Below are positions 24,869 to 39,900 of a DNA stretch of 64,000 nucleotides, piece by piece. The position numbers and the translations under genes were made by a program. Under the pieces are notes generated by a model. That model made no database searches. It was not told the DNA's origin and saw nothing but the letters and a program-made list of their open reading frames with translations. The DNA lies in NCBI RefSeq assembly GCF_028641065.1, contig NC_073390.1, positions 13,578,001 to 13,642,000 of the forward strand, given 5' to 3'. The stretch's first letter is position 1, and each line of letters starts with the position of its first letter. The stretch is from Leucoraja erinacea. Taxonomy: Eukaryota.

Positions 24869-24951
24869 TTACATATATTTATCAAAATGCATGAAAGTTC
24901 TTCATATGGTAAATTGAATTTCCAGTTGGATGAGTTTTTTTGTTGGAAGTT

Positions 24952-27900
24952 TTAGCTGCTCTGTGTAAACTGTTGCATCATAACTGCAGAAAGAGCAATC
25001 ATTTGCAGATACTCATCAGCACCATCGACCAAGCACTTGTCAACCTCCTGAGAAAGAAACCAGCCTTGTTAAAAAATGAATAAAACACAATCCATCTAAC
25101 AATGGGATTAACACCCCAAATCTAAAATTGGGATCCTATAGAAGCATGCAAGACTGAAGTTTAAAACTACTGGTTAAACCTGCAGTGCCTCTGCAAAAGA
25201 AGCACCAATCTGAAACGTAATCAGTTACTGGGACTAGACTCAAATCAGCAAAATACTGCTGTAAAATAAAAAATCTTAATTATTTGCATTTATGTTTTGC
25301 AGGAATTGATGCTGGGTCATAGAGCATCTGTTGGACTCAGAAATGCGAAAACAGGACAAATTAAAAGAACATCACTTATACTTTTTAATAAAATTACCCA
25401 TACAAAACAAGTCAGTGGTGTGCTCTGTTAAATAAAGGGAGCTAAATATTCAGAAAAACACCTCTTAACAATTAAATTATTTCCAACAACAGGAAAGGTA
25501 CATCACTTTGATATGAATACCAGTTAACTTATTATTTACACCACCCTTATATTTCATTATCAAGTGAGGATAAAGATTTTGAATTATTAGGTAAGCATAT
25601 AACTTTAAACCTAGGAAGACGACAAATTGTAACTTGGTTTTATTTCATTCCATGCTTACTGCCAATTTTAGCGTGATAGCTGATTTTTGTTGGTCGCTGA
25701 GATCCTCTTTGTCAATAATGAGTTCATGTAGCTGGTTGATTAACTGTGTTGCAGCATAACCGTCATTAATCATATTCTGACAAAAAGACACAATGGTAGA
25801 TGAACAAATATATTTTTTGTAATACAATATTAGAAATGCAACCCAGCTCCAATTTTCTTTTAAAGTGTTAACTTGTTTGTTCAATAAGCAACAACAATCA
25901 AAAGTACATGAATACAACTGAACAGTGTATCATTTTTCTACACTTGCACAATTAATACAAAAAACAGCTCTTTTTACAGATAAAAAGTGCAAACTCCTTG
26001 CAAACATTAGTTAATCTCTGCCACAGAAGGTAGTTGAGGCCAGTTCATTGGCTATATTTAAGAGTTAGATGTGACCCTTGTGGCTAAAGAGATCAGGGGG
26101 TATGGAGAGAAGGCAGGTACAGGATACTGAGTTGGATGATCAGCCATGATCATATTGAATGGCGGTGCAGGCTCGAATGGCCTACTCCTGCACCTATTTT
26201 CTATGTAATTTGTCAGTGTTAGAGACAATGCTTTATCCAAAGGACAAAAAAAGCTGACCAATTAACATTAAGCACACATAACACAAATATACCTGGTCTA
26301 CAGACCATAGTCATTTATTTCCAAGAAGTAAGCATCATCCACTCAAGATGGCCTTGAGAAGGACTAAGTTTGCTTGCATTGGCTTGTATCCCTCTAAATC
26401 TTTCTTACCCATTTAGCTGTGGTGAACTACTTGCAGTCCTCATGATGAAGTCCCACAATATGGTTGGGTAAGGACTTGTAGGGTATGGAACCACTGACGT
26501 TGAAAGCATATAACCTCATTAATCATATTCTTAAAAAAAAATAACTTACAGGGCAAGCCATTTCAATGTGACAAAAGTGTTCCAGCATCACTACAGAGTT
26601 TATAACAATGATTACCGAAAATGTACATTGAGATTTGAATGTTACGCACTAAAGAAAATGACCGACTTTAGTTTAACTAAACAATCGCATCTATTTTCAC
26701 CCAGCCTCTTATCTATTCACCTAATGAATGAACATTGTATTTTTCAGCATCTCCCCAATTTAATGAGAAGACTGGTTTGCAAGTTTTACAAATGGGATGT
26801 GTTCCTTATTATCTTTCTACTTCACTGTCTTAGCCCACAGTAACTAATACTGGTTATAATTTCATACATCACAGCTCTCCAACAATACAACTGGGCACTA
26901 TTAATTTTGTTTTAATGGCCCTGATGTTGAGAGCTCTGTCCAATGTTTAATTAAATGACGAGTTCTCACCTTTACCACGATTTCCAGCTTCTCAAATGAA
27001 CTACTGTGACAAGCAGCCAAAAGACCATCAATCAAATCAGATGGTACAGCCTGGGGGAAATAATGAAAAATATAACTAATAACTTAATTCATACTGTATT
27101 GGAAATGCTGTGGAATGGAAAAACCGAATAAATAAATGGCAACAGATTAAGAACTGAAAATATTGGAAATTCTAAATGGCTAAACACTAAATATTTTCAG
27201 TTTTACTTTACAATAAATGCAGCTTGGACCAGTCACCAAATGTCAGACTTTAAAAGCCAAAGCCTTGTGAGATTCAGTTGTATTAGCATCAACAGTAGCT
27301 AATACAGGGGCCTCAAGTCTTTTCTAGTTCAGAATTCCCCGATCTTTCAAAAATATTTCTAACTCTGAAACGTGTAGATCCAGCAAATCGTAGAGACATG
27401 GCACAGGAACAGGTCTTGCACATCCATGCAGACCATCAATTACCTATCTGTGCTAATCTTATTTATCAGTACTCGTCTATAGTCTATTATTTCCTAGCAA
27501 TTCAAGCGTTTGTCCAAATGATGTTTAAATGTAGCTAGACTATGTATGTACCACCTTATCAGACAGATGTGTGGATTCGTGCACCTAATGTATTATATTT
27601 CCTTTGTAGTGTCCTTTAACTGCTTATCTAGTTCTGGCCACCGTTACAATTTTTCTGGCAGCTTGCATGATGCAAGATACACAAGAGTGTCTTTCATGCA
27701 AGTGCTTCAGAACAACTGTTCACTCTTATGCACCAACTCGATTGCCAAAAGTACATAATTCTGCTTAACATTTCTTCCCATACAGTTACAATATTATCCC
27801 CGTATTCTTCCCATCCATGCTAAATGTATTCATACACTTCCATACAGGCAGGGTAACAAGTAGGCTGTTGTGTTGCAACTGAAGCATTGTCTGCTTACTG

Positions 27901-30900
27901 TATGACACACTGTTAACCAGGGTTTATGCCTGATGTGGAAGTGCACTGAGTAGCAATTGATTCAGCATATCTGCACTCAAACTGGCTCAAACAGCCATCT
28001 GAGCCATCTTAGATTTACTAAAGAAGACCCTGCTGAGGGATGTGGTCCATTCAAATGATCAGTTCCTGGTATACAAGTACTGATGGACAGTGGCACAGCT
28101 GCTGCCTCACAGCACCAGAGAAACGAGTTTGATCCTGACCTTGGCTGCTGTCTGTGAAATTTGCACATTCTCCTTGTGACCGGATTGGTTTTCTGCGGGT
28201 ACTCCCGTTTCCTCCCACATCCCAAAAATGTGCGGGGTTGCCTCTAAATTTCTCCGAATGTGTTGGGAAAAGAAGTGAAGACAGCCCCTTGTGGAAATAC
28301 TTCACTAGAGAAGATAGGTCCCTGCCAACAACTAAACCTGGACCTTAATTAATATATACAGTAAGAAAAGACACAAAGCGATGGAATAACTCAGCGGGTC
28401 AGGCAGCATCTCTGGAGAACATGGTTAGGAGACATTTCAGGTCGGAACCCTTCTCCAGACTGATTGTGGTGGGGAGGGATTAGCCGTTTTGTCAAGCACT
28501 TGCGCTCGGTCGGCCAAGATCTTCTGGATATCCTGGTTGCTAACCATTTCCCATCTCATCTTCCCATTTACATACTGACCTTTCCATCCTGGGCCTCAAA
28601 GTTAGGCACTAAGTAAACCAGGGATCGGCTAGCTTGTTCTGCATGGGGTCAGGACACATGTCTGTGAGCGGATGGCATCCACATCTATCACGTGTTCACA
28701 TGGATCCCACCCCGGATAGCAGGCATCAAATCACGTGTTCACATGGATCCTGCCCCTTCGAGGACACCACCCAGAGCGCTGGCCCCGAGTTACGGGCGCT
28801 CACGAACACAGCGTACCTACGGTCCATTGCCTTGGCTCTGTCCTGAAGGCGTTGGCCCAAATACTCACACTCACTCATCCCCGGCCTATTGACAACCCCG
28901 ATCCTGAAAGTGAAGCCCAGACACAGAAGGTGCGCGGCCGTGCCGGCGGCTTTGCGCAGGATGCGGTACAGCCAGAGCTCGGCCCCGCTTGGGCGCTCGG
29001 CGGCTCTGCAATTGCAGCCTCCAGTTCAGGCCTCCTTGCGTCACCGCGCCTGAGTGCCTTGGGCCCGGGAGGTACCGGAGATGAAGGAAGTCTGCGGGCT
29101 GGATGACTATGGAAAAAAACCCGCCTGCGGGCCAGATGATTTCGGGTTACGGGTCGTATTCAGCCTAGGGGCCGTAGGTTGCCAACCCCTGATGTAAGCT
29201 GAAGGAACAGCATCTCATATTCCGCTTGGGTAGCTTATAACCCAATGGTATAAATGACAAATTCGCCAATTTTAGGTAACTACCAACCTCCCCCCACTCC
29301 CCCCACTTCTTTCCCATGCCCCACCTGGACTTGCACTCATTTTGCCCCTTTGCCTACACTTACATTACTTCCTCTAGCTTCACAATTTGCAAATCCTCCC
29401 CTCCTCTCTTTTAACTTTATCTATCCCCCAATACCACAATCAGGCTGTGAAAGGTCCCTACACAAAACATCACCTATCCATGTTTTCCAGAGATGATGCC
29501 CGAGTTACTCCAGCATTTACTTCTTCTGTAACCCAGCACCTGAAGTTCCTTGTGTCTAAAAAGGGGAAGATAACATTTTCTTACTCCAGAAATTTCAACG
29601 ATGACTTGCTCTGTTATGTCTTTTCCTCCAGTAAGTCTTGCTGCACATTGCAGGTAAGTTATCGCTTTTCTTAAGTCTCCTTCTGATACATCGATGAGCA
29701 TATTGATTGTCTAAAACAAAAGGCACCATATTAAAAGCATTTACCAACTATGTCAAATAAAGGTCCAAATTTACATTTAGTGCACGGAATTGAAACCATA
29801 AACAATTTATTTTTTAGTTTAGAGATACAACACGGAAATATGCCCTTTGGCCCACTCCGACCAGCGATCCCTGTACACTTTAGGTCACCGTTGGCGCCCG
29901 GCACAATCGTTAATTTCGAGCCCTGACAACTTCATCCTGAAAAGGATGTAATGCATCTTGAAATTGCTACTTGCTGTAGTAATGCTTGTATTACAAGAGA
30001 TTAGAGTCACATTCCTAAACAAAGTTGCAATCACATTGACTTCCAAATCAAGATTTGAGTTTGATATTTATGGTACAAGTCCAGATTGCACAAACTTACT
30101 TCATTATTACATTGCACATTCTCTTTGGCACAGATGTCCCGCAACCTTTCTTCCTGTATGCGGTCTGTCAAAGGTTTAAACCGGAATTTGGAGCAGCGAG
30201 ACGTCAATGGCTCAATTATCCTAAAACACAGGAAACATCTTGAATAAATCCTGATCCAAGCTAAGATAATAAGTGGACACAGGTAAGGGGGGTGGAGGTT
30301 CTGATAGCTAGCTGGTTGGATGAAAGGCCAGAGATCAAAGCTGAAAGTACAAGACTGAGGGATTGAAGAGTTTAAATTGTGATGCCAAAGCTGAAAGTAG
30401 GAATGAATGTAGGAGGATCGGCGGGGGGGGGGGGGGGGGGGGGGTAGAAATAGCTGTGTCCAGGTGGGCCATGGGTGTAATAAAGGGGTCATGGGGGAAG
30501 GAAGGAAGGAATTGCTAGAGTTGAAGCATTCAATGATCATATCGTTGTGTTGTACATTTCCCAAGTGGAATATGATGTGGTTTCCACAGTTTGCGTGTGG
30601 TCTCACTCATGAATAGTTGCAGTAAATAACACGTTCCTCCGCCTCCAACCCTTCAGTGAGACATTTTAAATGGTTATGGCTCTACCTGCTGATATAATTG
30701 CAGATGAGACAAAAGCGTGTGGTTTTTGACTCCCTCTCCATTGTGCGGCGAAGGGCAGCCTGTGCAGCATTTGTCATGGAGTCTGCTTCATCCAGGATGA
30801 TGATCTTAAATGGAGGAGCAGGTTTCCCACTGGAAGAGATAGCATAAATGGTGGATGATTACACTGTGAACATTTTCACAAAAGAGAGTCAGATTCACAA

Positions 30901-33900
30901 GAGGGATTATTTTCAGCAGGACACAAAGCTGTAAAATTGAGAATACACGTCCACCACCGATTTTCCGGCACCCTTGGCTCCAGAGCATTGCCTTATTATC
31001 CATTTTGCCAGACCAACATAGGTCAAGGCCTTGGGGGCAGGGGGGCCAGGGGGGGGGAGATAGCAGCCTGCATGGTCGGCCTCAGAAGTCGCGTTCCAGG
31101 CAGAGTTTCAGAGCAGGGCGGAGGTTTCCAGTGCGCGCGCTTGTCATTTTGTCCGGATTAAAGGAGGTTCTGGACCACCAACCCGCACGTCTTTGGAATG
31201 TGGGAGCAAACTGGAGCACCCAGAGAAAACCCACATGGTCACAGGGAGAGCGTACAAACTCCGCACAGACAGCACCTGTAGTCAGCATCAAACCCAAGTC
31301 TCTAGTGCTGTGAGGCAGCAGCTCTTCAGCTGCACCACTGTGCTGCCCCAAGTGTGTCTTAATGAATGAGCTTGTTTAATGTTGTACCCCCCCCCCATTG
31401 AAATGAGAATTGGAAGTTAATTGATTATTTACATTCTGAATAGCAAGCAGGGCAGGTTGTAATTAGCACATCTGTGAATTGTACAGAAGACATTAGTGCA
31501 GTGATATACAAGATGTGATTATATTTAAGAAATTTATGAAGGTAATCGGCAGGTAACATACGCCTCTGAAAAAAGGAGTCTAAACAGAGGAGCGAAGCAA
31601 TCTCCATAGTACAGATTAGCAATCACATGGCATAGAGAAACGTTAAACAGGAGGGATTAGGATTGAAAACTAATGAGGCTCTTGGTTGAAATTCTACCTT
31701 TGGAAGTATCAACCATTCTCAGGATGCTGAGGGATTATAAAACATTCAAACAAGGTTTGCCCAGAACCGACAGATTATGTCAGAGAAGATTGAACAGAGT
31801 ATTGTGGTCTGGTCTTCTGCAATTCTGATCACCCCACTACAGGAAGGACGCAGAAGAAGTTTACCAGAATGCTGCCTGGATTAGAGCAAATTAGCTAGAA
31901 GGAGAAGCTGGACAAATTTGGATTGTTTTCTCTGGAGTGTCGGAAGCTGAGGGAGGACCTGATAGAAATTTATACAATTACAAGAGCATAGAGAGGGTTG
32001 ACAGTCAGAAGCTTTTTTTCTCCCAGGATGGAAATGTCAAAGACACAAAATGTCAGAGATGTGCAGGGCCAGAGTGGTGGTTGCCTGAAACGTATTGGCA
32101 AGGATTGTGGTAGAGATAGATGCAATAGTGACAGTTGAGAGATTGTTAGGATAAGCATACGGATATGTAGGACAATTAGCATGTGCAGGCAGAGGAAATT
32201 TGACCTGTCATCATGTTCGGCACAGGCATTATGGTCTGAAGAGCCTGTCTCAGTGCTGGTCTGTTATGTTTTATGAACAAGCTGGGAATCCATTATCCAG
32301 TAAAGAGAAGACTAATGGGCCTGTCCTACTTAGGCGACTAGGCTGTCGCCACATGGTCGCTGGGGTGTCGCTTGTATAATAATAATGGATGGGATTTATA
32401 TAGCGCCTTTCTAATACTCAAGGCACTTTACATCGCATTATTCATTCACTCCTCAGTCACACTCGGTGGTGGTGAGCTACTTCTGTAGCCACAGCTGCCC
32501 TGGGGCAGACTGACGGAAGCGTGGCTGCTAATCTGCGCCTCTGCGACCACCACCAGTCACTCACACACATTCACACGCAGGCAGAGGTGGGTGAAGTGTC
32601 TTGCCCAAGGACACAACGACAGTATGCACTCCAAGCGGGATTCGAACCGGCTACCTTCCGGTCGCCAGCCGAACACTTAGCCCATTGCGCCATCTGTCGT
32701 CGCTTGTATGGTCGTGAGTAGCCTCCTCAATCGGACAAAGAGTCGTAGCGTCTTTCTGGTCGCGGCTGGATTTTCAACATGTTGGTTTGACGCCAATGAG
32801 CGTAGCTTGACTTCTCCTGATATAGGCTCTGTCGCAGTTGTCGCCAGGTGATGCAAGTTGTAGCCAGTGCTGACTTCATTTTTTTTGTTGTTGTTAAAGT
32901 AATGATTCTATTTCAAATTTTATGTCGATGGGGGTTCCAAGTCACTGGTTTTTCAGTGACCTGCTACGACTATGACAGCTGCCTAAAGATAGCCTAAGTG
33001 GGACAGGCCCATTAGTTTTTACTGTTGGATCTTGTGAACACAGGCCCATTAAGAATTTTAAGGTTAACAAAGGGCTTGACAGATTATATGTGGAGATGCA
33101 TCCAAGTGTGGGAAATGTTTAAACTAGAGGCTGCAATGTTGTGTTAGTGGCTTAAAAAGCCAATTGAAAATTCATGAAAATCTTCTTTACCTAACTCAGC
33201 TTTGGGTAGAATGCAGAACCACAAATAGACTAGATGCATTTAAGGGAAACCAGATAAATAAGCAAGACAAAAGCATAGTTTATGTATAGCTTTAGAGAAG
33301 GGTGGCGGGAGGCTTGCATTAGAGCATGAACATCATGGGCCTGTTACGGTGCCGCAAGTTCAAGGTGGTCATTTATTGAAAAACAAGAAAAATATGTACA
33401 GGAGTAGGTTATTCGGCCCTTTGAGCCAGCACTGCCCTTCAATATGATCTTGGCTGATCATCTAGAATCAGTACCTCGTTCCTGCTTTAACCCCATATCC
33501 TTTGATTCCTTTAGCCCTAAGAGCTAAAACTAACTCTTGAATAAAGCTATCCTTTAGAAAAAGTCTTCAGTCCTTACTGAAAACTTGGTACTTACTCTAA
33601 ACGAGATCCTGCTACTGCCAACTTTGCAAAGGTTTTCACCTTTTCCCGCACAACTTGAATACCACGTTCATCAGAAGCATTAAGCTCGAGAACTCTCTTG
33701 CGGTACAGCTCAGGTCTGCAAACGGGATGTGATCAGAATTAACATCTCAACAGTATAACCAATCTCCAATGCAAACATTCTTTGTTCTATACATTTTTAA
33801 ATATCAAACAGCTTAAATATACAATTCAAAATCAGGAAATAAATTTGGAGAAACATCACGAAGATCTGTGATCATTTGATAATTTCTTCTGTACATTGTG

Positions 33901-36900
33901 ATTGCAGATTATTTTCTTATACTAGAAAAAAGATTAGCGCGAATGTCATATTTTAAGAAAATTTCTTTAAACGTATAACAAAGAACACGGTCAAATATAT
34001 CAAGGTCAAATATCCATTCTGATCCAACTTCCCCGATAAGAACAATTTAATCCTATATTTATACAAACACCTTCAAAAAAGAATAATTAGCTATTAATTT
34101 AAAAATCTTACTTTTATTATATTGCTGGTGAACATGTGATCTTGTTGTAACATTATTGCAGTTAGTTTAGAAACAAAGAAAATAGGTGCAGTAGGCCTTT
34201 CGGCCTTTCAATATGATAATGTCTGATGATCCAAAATCATTACCCCGTTCCTGCTTTCTCCCCATATCCCTTGATTATGTTAGCCCCAAGAGCTATATCC
34301 AACTCTCTTGAAAAGATTCAGTGAATTGATCTCCACTGCCTTCTAGGGCAGAGAATTCCACAGATTTACAACCCTCTGGATGAAAATGTTTTTCCTCATC
34401 TCAGTCCTAAATGGCCTACCTCTTATTCTTAAACAGTGACACAAAAAGCTGGAGTAACTCAGCGGGACAGGCAGCATCTCTGGAGAGACGGAATGGATGA
34501 CATTTCGGGTCAAGACCCTTCTTCAGACATGAAACTGTGACCCCTGGTTCAGGACACCCCTAACATCGAGAATATTTTTCCTGCATCTAACCCATCCAAT
34601 CCCTCAAAGAATTTTATAAGTTTCTGTAAGATCTCCTCATCCATCTCAATTCCAGTGAATATGCCCAGTCGATCCATTCTTTCATCATATGTCAGTTCCG
34701 CAATCCCGGGAATTAACCTGGTGAACCTACGCTGCACTCGCTCAATAGCAAGAATGTTCTTCCTCAAATTAGGAGACCAAAACTGCACACAATACTCCAT
34801 GTGCGGTCTCAATGGCCCAGTACAACTGCAGTAGGACCTCCTTACTCCTATACTCAAATCTTCTCGCTGTGACTGGCAACATGCCATTTGCTTTCTTCAT
34901 TGCCTGCTGTACATGCATGTTTACTTTCAGTGGCTGATGTACAATGACACCCAGGTCTCGTTGCACCACCCCTTTTCCTAATCTGACACCATTCAGGTAA
35001 TAATCTGCCTTCTTGTTCTTGCCACCAAAGTGGATAACCTCACATTTATCCACATTATACTGCATCTGCCATACATCTGCCCACTCACCCAACCTATCCA
35101 AGTCATTCTGCAGCTTCATTGCATCCGCCTCGCAGCTCACACAGCTACCCAGCTTTGTGACATCCACAAACTTGGAGATGTTACATTTAATTCCTTTGTC
35201 TAAATCGTTAATATATATTGTAAATAACTGGGGTCCTAGCATCGAGCCTTACGGCACTAGTCACTGCCTGCCATTCTGAAAAGGCCCCGTTGATTCCTAC
35301 TCTTTGCTTCCTGTCTGCCAACCAGTTTTCTATCCATGTTAATACCCTACCCCCAATAGCATGCGCTCAAATTCTGCACGTTAATCTCTTGTGGGACCCT
35401 GTCAAACACTTTTTGAAAGTCCAGATACACCACATCCACTGGCTCTCCCTTATCAATTCTACTTATTACATTTTCAAAAAATTCCAGAAGATTAGTCACG
35501 CATGATCATAAATCCATGCTGACTTTGACTGATCCTGTCACAGCTTTCCAAATTTAGTTTTTAGTTTAGTGATACAGCACGGAAACAGGCCCTTCGGCCC
35601 ACCGAGTCCGCGCCAACCAGAGATCCCAGCACATTAACACTATCTTACACACACTAGGGACAATTTACACATACACCATGAGGGGTTTGTTTTTCACACA
35701 AAGGGTGGTAGGTGTATGGAACAAGCTGCCAGAGGAGGTAGTTGAGGCGGGGACTATCGCAACATTTAAGAAACAGTTAGACAGGTACAGTGGCTCGCAA
35801 AAGTTTTCATACCCCTTGAACTTTTCCACATTTTGTCACATTACAACCACAAATGTAAATGTATTTTATTGGGATTTTATGTGATAGACCAACACAAAGT
35901 GGTGCATAATTGTGAAGTGGAAGGAAAATGATACATGGTTTTCAAATTTTTTTACAAATAAAAAACTGAAATGTGTGGCGTGCAAAAGTATTCAGCCCCC
36001 CTGAGTCAATACTTTGTAGAACCACCTTTCGCTGCAATTACAGCTGCAAGTCTTTTGGGGTATGTCTCTACCAGCTTTGCACATCTAGAGACTGAAATTT
36101 TTGCCCATTCTTCTTTGCAAAATAGCTCAAGCTCAGTCAGATTGGATGGAGAGCGTCTGTGAACAGCAATTTTCAAGTTGCCAGAGATTCTCAATTGGAT
36201 TCAGGTCTGGACTTTGACTGGGCCATTCTAGCACATGAATATGCTTTGATCTAAACCATTCCATTGTAGCTCTGGCTGTATGTTTAGGGTCGTTGTCCTG
36301 CTGGAAGGTGAACCTCCGCCCCAGTCTCAAGTCTTTTGCAGACTCTAACAGGTTTTCTTCCAAGATTGCCCTGTATTTGGCTCCATCCATCTTCCCATCA
36401 ACTCTGATCAGCTTCCCTGTCCCAGCTGAAGAAAAGCATCCCCACAGCATGATGCTGCCACCACCATGTTTCACAGTGGGGATGGTGTGTTCAGGGTGAT
36501 GTGCAGTGTTAGTTTTCCGCCACACATAGCGTTTTGCATTTAGGCCAAAAATTTCAATTTTGGTCTCATCTGACCAGAGCACCTTCCTCCACATGTTTGC
36601 TGTGTCCCCCACATGGCTTGTGGCAAACTGCAAACGGGACTTCTTATGGCTTTTTTTCAACAATGGCTTTCTTCTTGCCACTCTTCCATAAAGGCCCGAT
36701 TTGTGGAGTGCACGACTAATAGTTGTCCTGTGGACAGATTCTCCCACCTGAGCTGTGGATCTCTGCAGCTCCTCCAGAGTTACCATGGGCCTCTTGGCTG
36801 CTTCTCTGATCAATGCTCTCCTTGCCCGACCTGTCAGTTTAGGTGGGCGGCCATGTCTTGGTAGGTTTACAGTTGTGCCATACTCTTTCCATTTTCGGAT

Positions 36901-39900
36901 GATGGATTGAACAGTGCTCCATGAGATGTTCAAAGCTTGGGAGATTTTTTTAAAACTTAACCCTGCTTTAAACTTCTCCACAACTTTATCCCTGACCTGT
37001 CCGGTGTGTGCCTTGGGCTTCATGATGCTGTTTGTTCACTAATGTTCTCTAACAAACCTCTGAGGCCTTCACAGAACAGCTGTATTTATACTGAGATTAG
37101 ATTACACACAAGTGGACTCTATTTACTAATTAGGTGACTTCTGAAGGCAATTGGTTGCACTGGATTTTATTTAGGGGTATCAGAGTAAAGGGGGCTGAAT
37201 ACTTTTGCACGCCACACTTTTCAGTTTTTTATTTGTAAAAAAATTTGAAAACCATGTATCATTTTCCTTCCACTTCACAATTATGCGCCACTTTGTGTTG
37301 GTCTATCACATAAAATCCCAATAAAATACATTTACGTTTGTGGTTGTAACGTGACAAAATGTGGAAAAGTTCAAGGGGTATGAAAACTTTTGCAAGCCAC
37401 TGTATATGGATAGGACAGGTTCGGAGGGATATGGATCAAACGTGGGCAGGTGGGACTAGTGCAGATGGGACATGCAGGGTCGAAGGGCCTGTTTCCACAC
37501 TGTATCACTCTATGGCTCTATCTATTTTTCCCTCTCAAACACATTCTCCTGCCTTCTCCCCATTAACTCTGACACCCGTATCAATCAAGAATCTATCAAT
37601 CACCTCCTGAAAAATGTCCATTGACTTGACCTCCACAGCTGTCTGTGGCAATGAATTCCACAGTTCACCACCCTCTGACAAGAAATTCCTGCTCATCTCC
37701 TTCCTAAATTATTTTAATTCAGAGGCTGTGGCCACTGGTCCTAGACTCTCCCACTAGTGGAAACATCCTCTCCACATCCACTCCATCCAGGTTTTTACCA
37801 GGCTAGGACAGACGGCAACAGCTTCACACCGTGTCCCAAAGCTTGTGTCCTGTCCTGCATCACCTAAGGCGGCAGAGACATTATAGGAGAGGGCAAGCAC
37901 CGTAACAAAGTAGCTCACGATGGTTTGGGTAACATTCAGAAATGTCTATGCATGTCACATCATGAATATTACTGAAGAACGGTCTTGACCCGAAATATAA
38001 TTTCCAGAGATGCTGCCTGACTCACTGAGTTACTCCAGCATTCTGTGACATGTCATCTATCCATGTTCTCCAGAGATGCTGTCTGACCCACTGAGTTACT
38101 CCAGCACTCTGTGAAATGTCGCCTATTCATATTCTCCGCAGATGCTGCCTGACCCACTTAGTTACTCCAGCACTGTGTCTATTTTCCCTTCACCCATCTG
38201 CCCAAGCCCACTCTCCCCCCTCCTTTCCTATGTTCCTTTCCACCCATAAACCTCTCTCTGCCTTTACATTTCACTCCTCTTTCAAATCTGCTCTACTTAT
38301 CTACATTCATTTTTCTTCTTAACTTTTTTGTCATAGAATGATGCAGTGTGGAAACAGGCCCTTCAGCCCAACTTGCCCACACCAACCAACATGTCCCATG
38401 TAAACTAGTCCCACTTACACGTGTTGGCCCATATCCATCTAAATCTGTCCTATCCATGTACGTGTCCAAATGTCTCTTAAGCATTAGGATAATCCCAGCC
38501 TTACCTACCTCCTTTGGCAGCTCGTTCCATACACCCAGCACCCATTGTGTGAAAAAGCTACCTCTCAGATTGCTGTTAATTTCTGAAATATTGGTCATAA
38601 AATTTGGTGCAAAAAAGCTCCAAAATAAGGCTCAGAATGCATTAGAGAGCATCTAAAACCTTAAGCGGGCCCTGGACCCTGGCATCGAGGGACTTCATGC
38701 TTCGCGCTCATGTTGTGCTCAACGCACACGCTATTTCACATTACATTTTTTGTAATCCTGTCATGCCACCCCTCTTTTTGGAAAGCTTCGCCCGGGCTTG
38801 AATGGAATAATGTTTAGTGCAAGATAAATTCCAGTAAAGATCAGTGTGTCTCCAATGAGGTAGATAGTAGTTCAAGACTCTCGGTAGTTGTTGAAAGGAT
38901 GGTTGTAAATCTAAAATGCATGTTATTCATGGTATAAAGTATGCTATATGTGGGGATTGCATTAAACTAGATAGAATCCAAAGTGAATCTGTAGAGAGAA
39001 ACAAATTGTTTCATGTTCATGTCATTTCATCAAAACTGGGAAAGGTCAGAGATAAAACATGTTTTAAGATGCAAAACGAGGCAGAGCTGCTTCAATTTTT
39101 TGCTCTGTAATTTCATGTACTCCCGCAAATCACCCGTTCACAATTCCTCAGAACAAATCTGTCATCTTTATCATCCTATTTCACTTAGCATTTTCATCCT
39201 TTTGTATCATTTAATCACACTTGCCTACACAAAGCTCTTGGTCTCCTCTCCTCCCTGTCGCTGAATCTCAAAACTTGTTCTATCTCTAACTTTTTCCAGT
39301 TATAATGAAATATCCGCAACTCAATATATTAATTGCGTGTCGCTGCCTGGCCGTTGATTTTTTTAGTCTTTGTAATACAGCGTGGAAACCGGTCCTTCGG
39401 TGCACTAGTTCCATGTTATCCCACTTTTGCATCCTATACACGAGGGCCAATTTGCAGAAGCATGTCGTTGGAATGTGTAAGGAAACCAGAGCACCCGGAG
39501 AAAACCCAGTCACAGGGAGAACATACAAGCTCCTCAGAGACAGCACCCATAGTCAGGATCAAACACTGATTCTGCTGCTGCGCCACTGCCCTGCTGAGTA
39601 TTTCCAGCATTTTACGTTTTGATCTCAACAATGCACAGAAGGTACAGAATGTACAGAAGGTTGAGAGTGCACACCACCAGACTCATGGAAACCTGAAGCT
39701 GTTCTAAGGCTAGGGTATTGTCTTATTTACATGTCTTCCATTGGACTTTGTCTGATGTGCTACAATGTTGAGAACTATATTCTACGCTCCGTATCATCCC
39801 CTTTGCTCTATCTATAGTATTCAAGTTTGAGTTTTTTGTATGGTATAACTGACCTGTCTGGATGGAATGCAAACAAAGCATTTCACTGTACCTTGGTATA

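Noticed and set aside
28735-29106. GC-rich ORF/CpG patch in an RFC4 intron
   Set aside because: Internal part of a hAT-type element, not a gene or promoter.
38003-38180. Three spaced repeats superficially like a CRISPR array
   Set aside because: Eukaryotic locus; the units are tandem copies of the Penelope pLTR segment with similar spacers.
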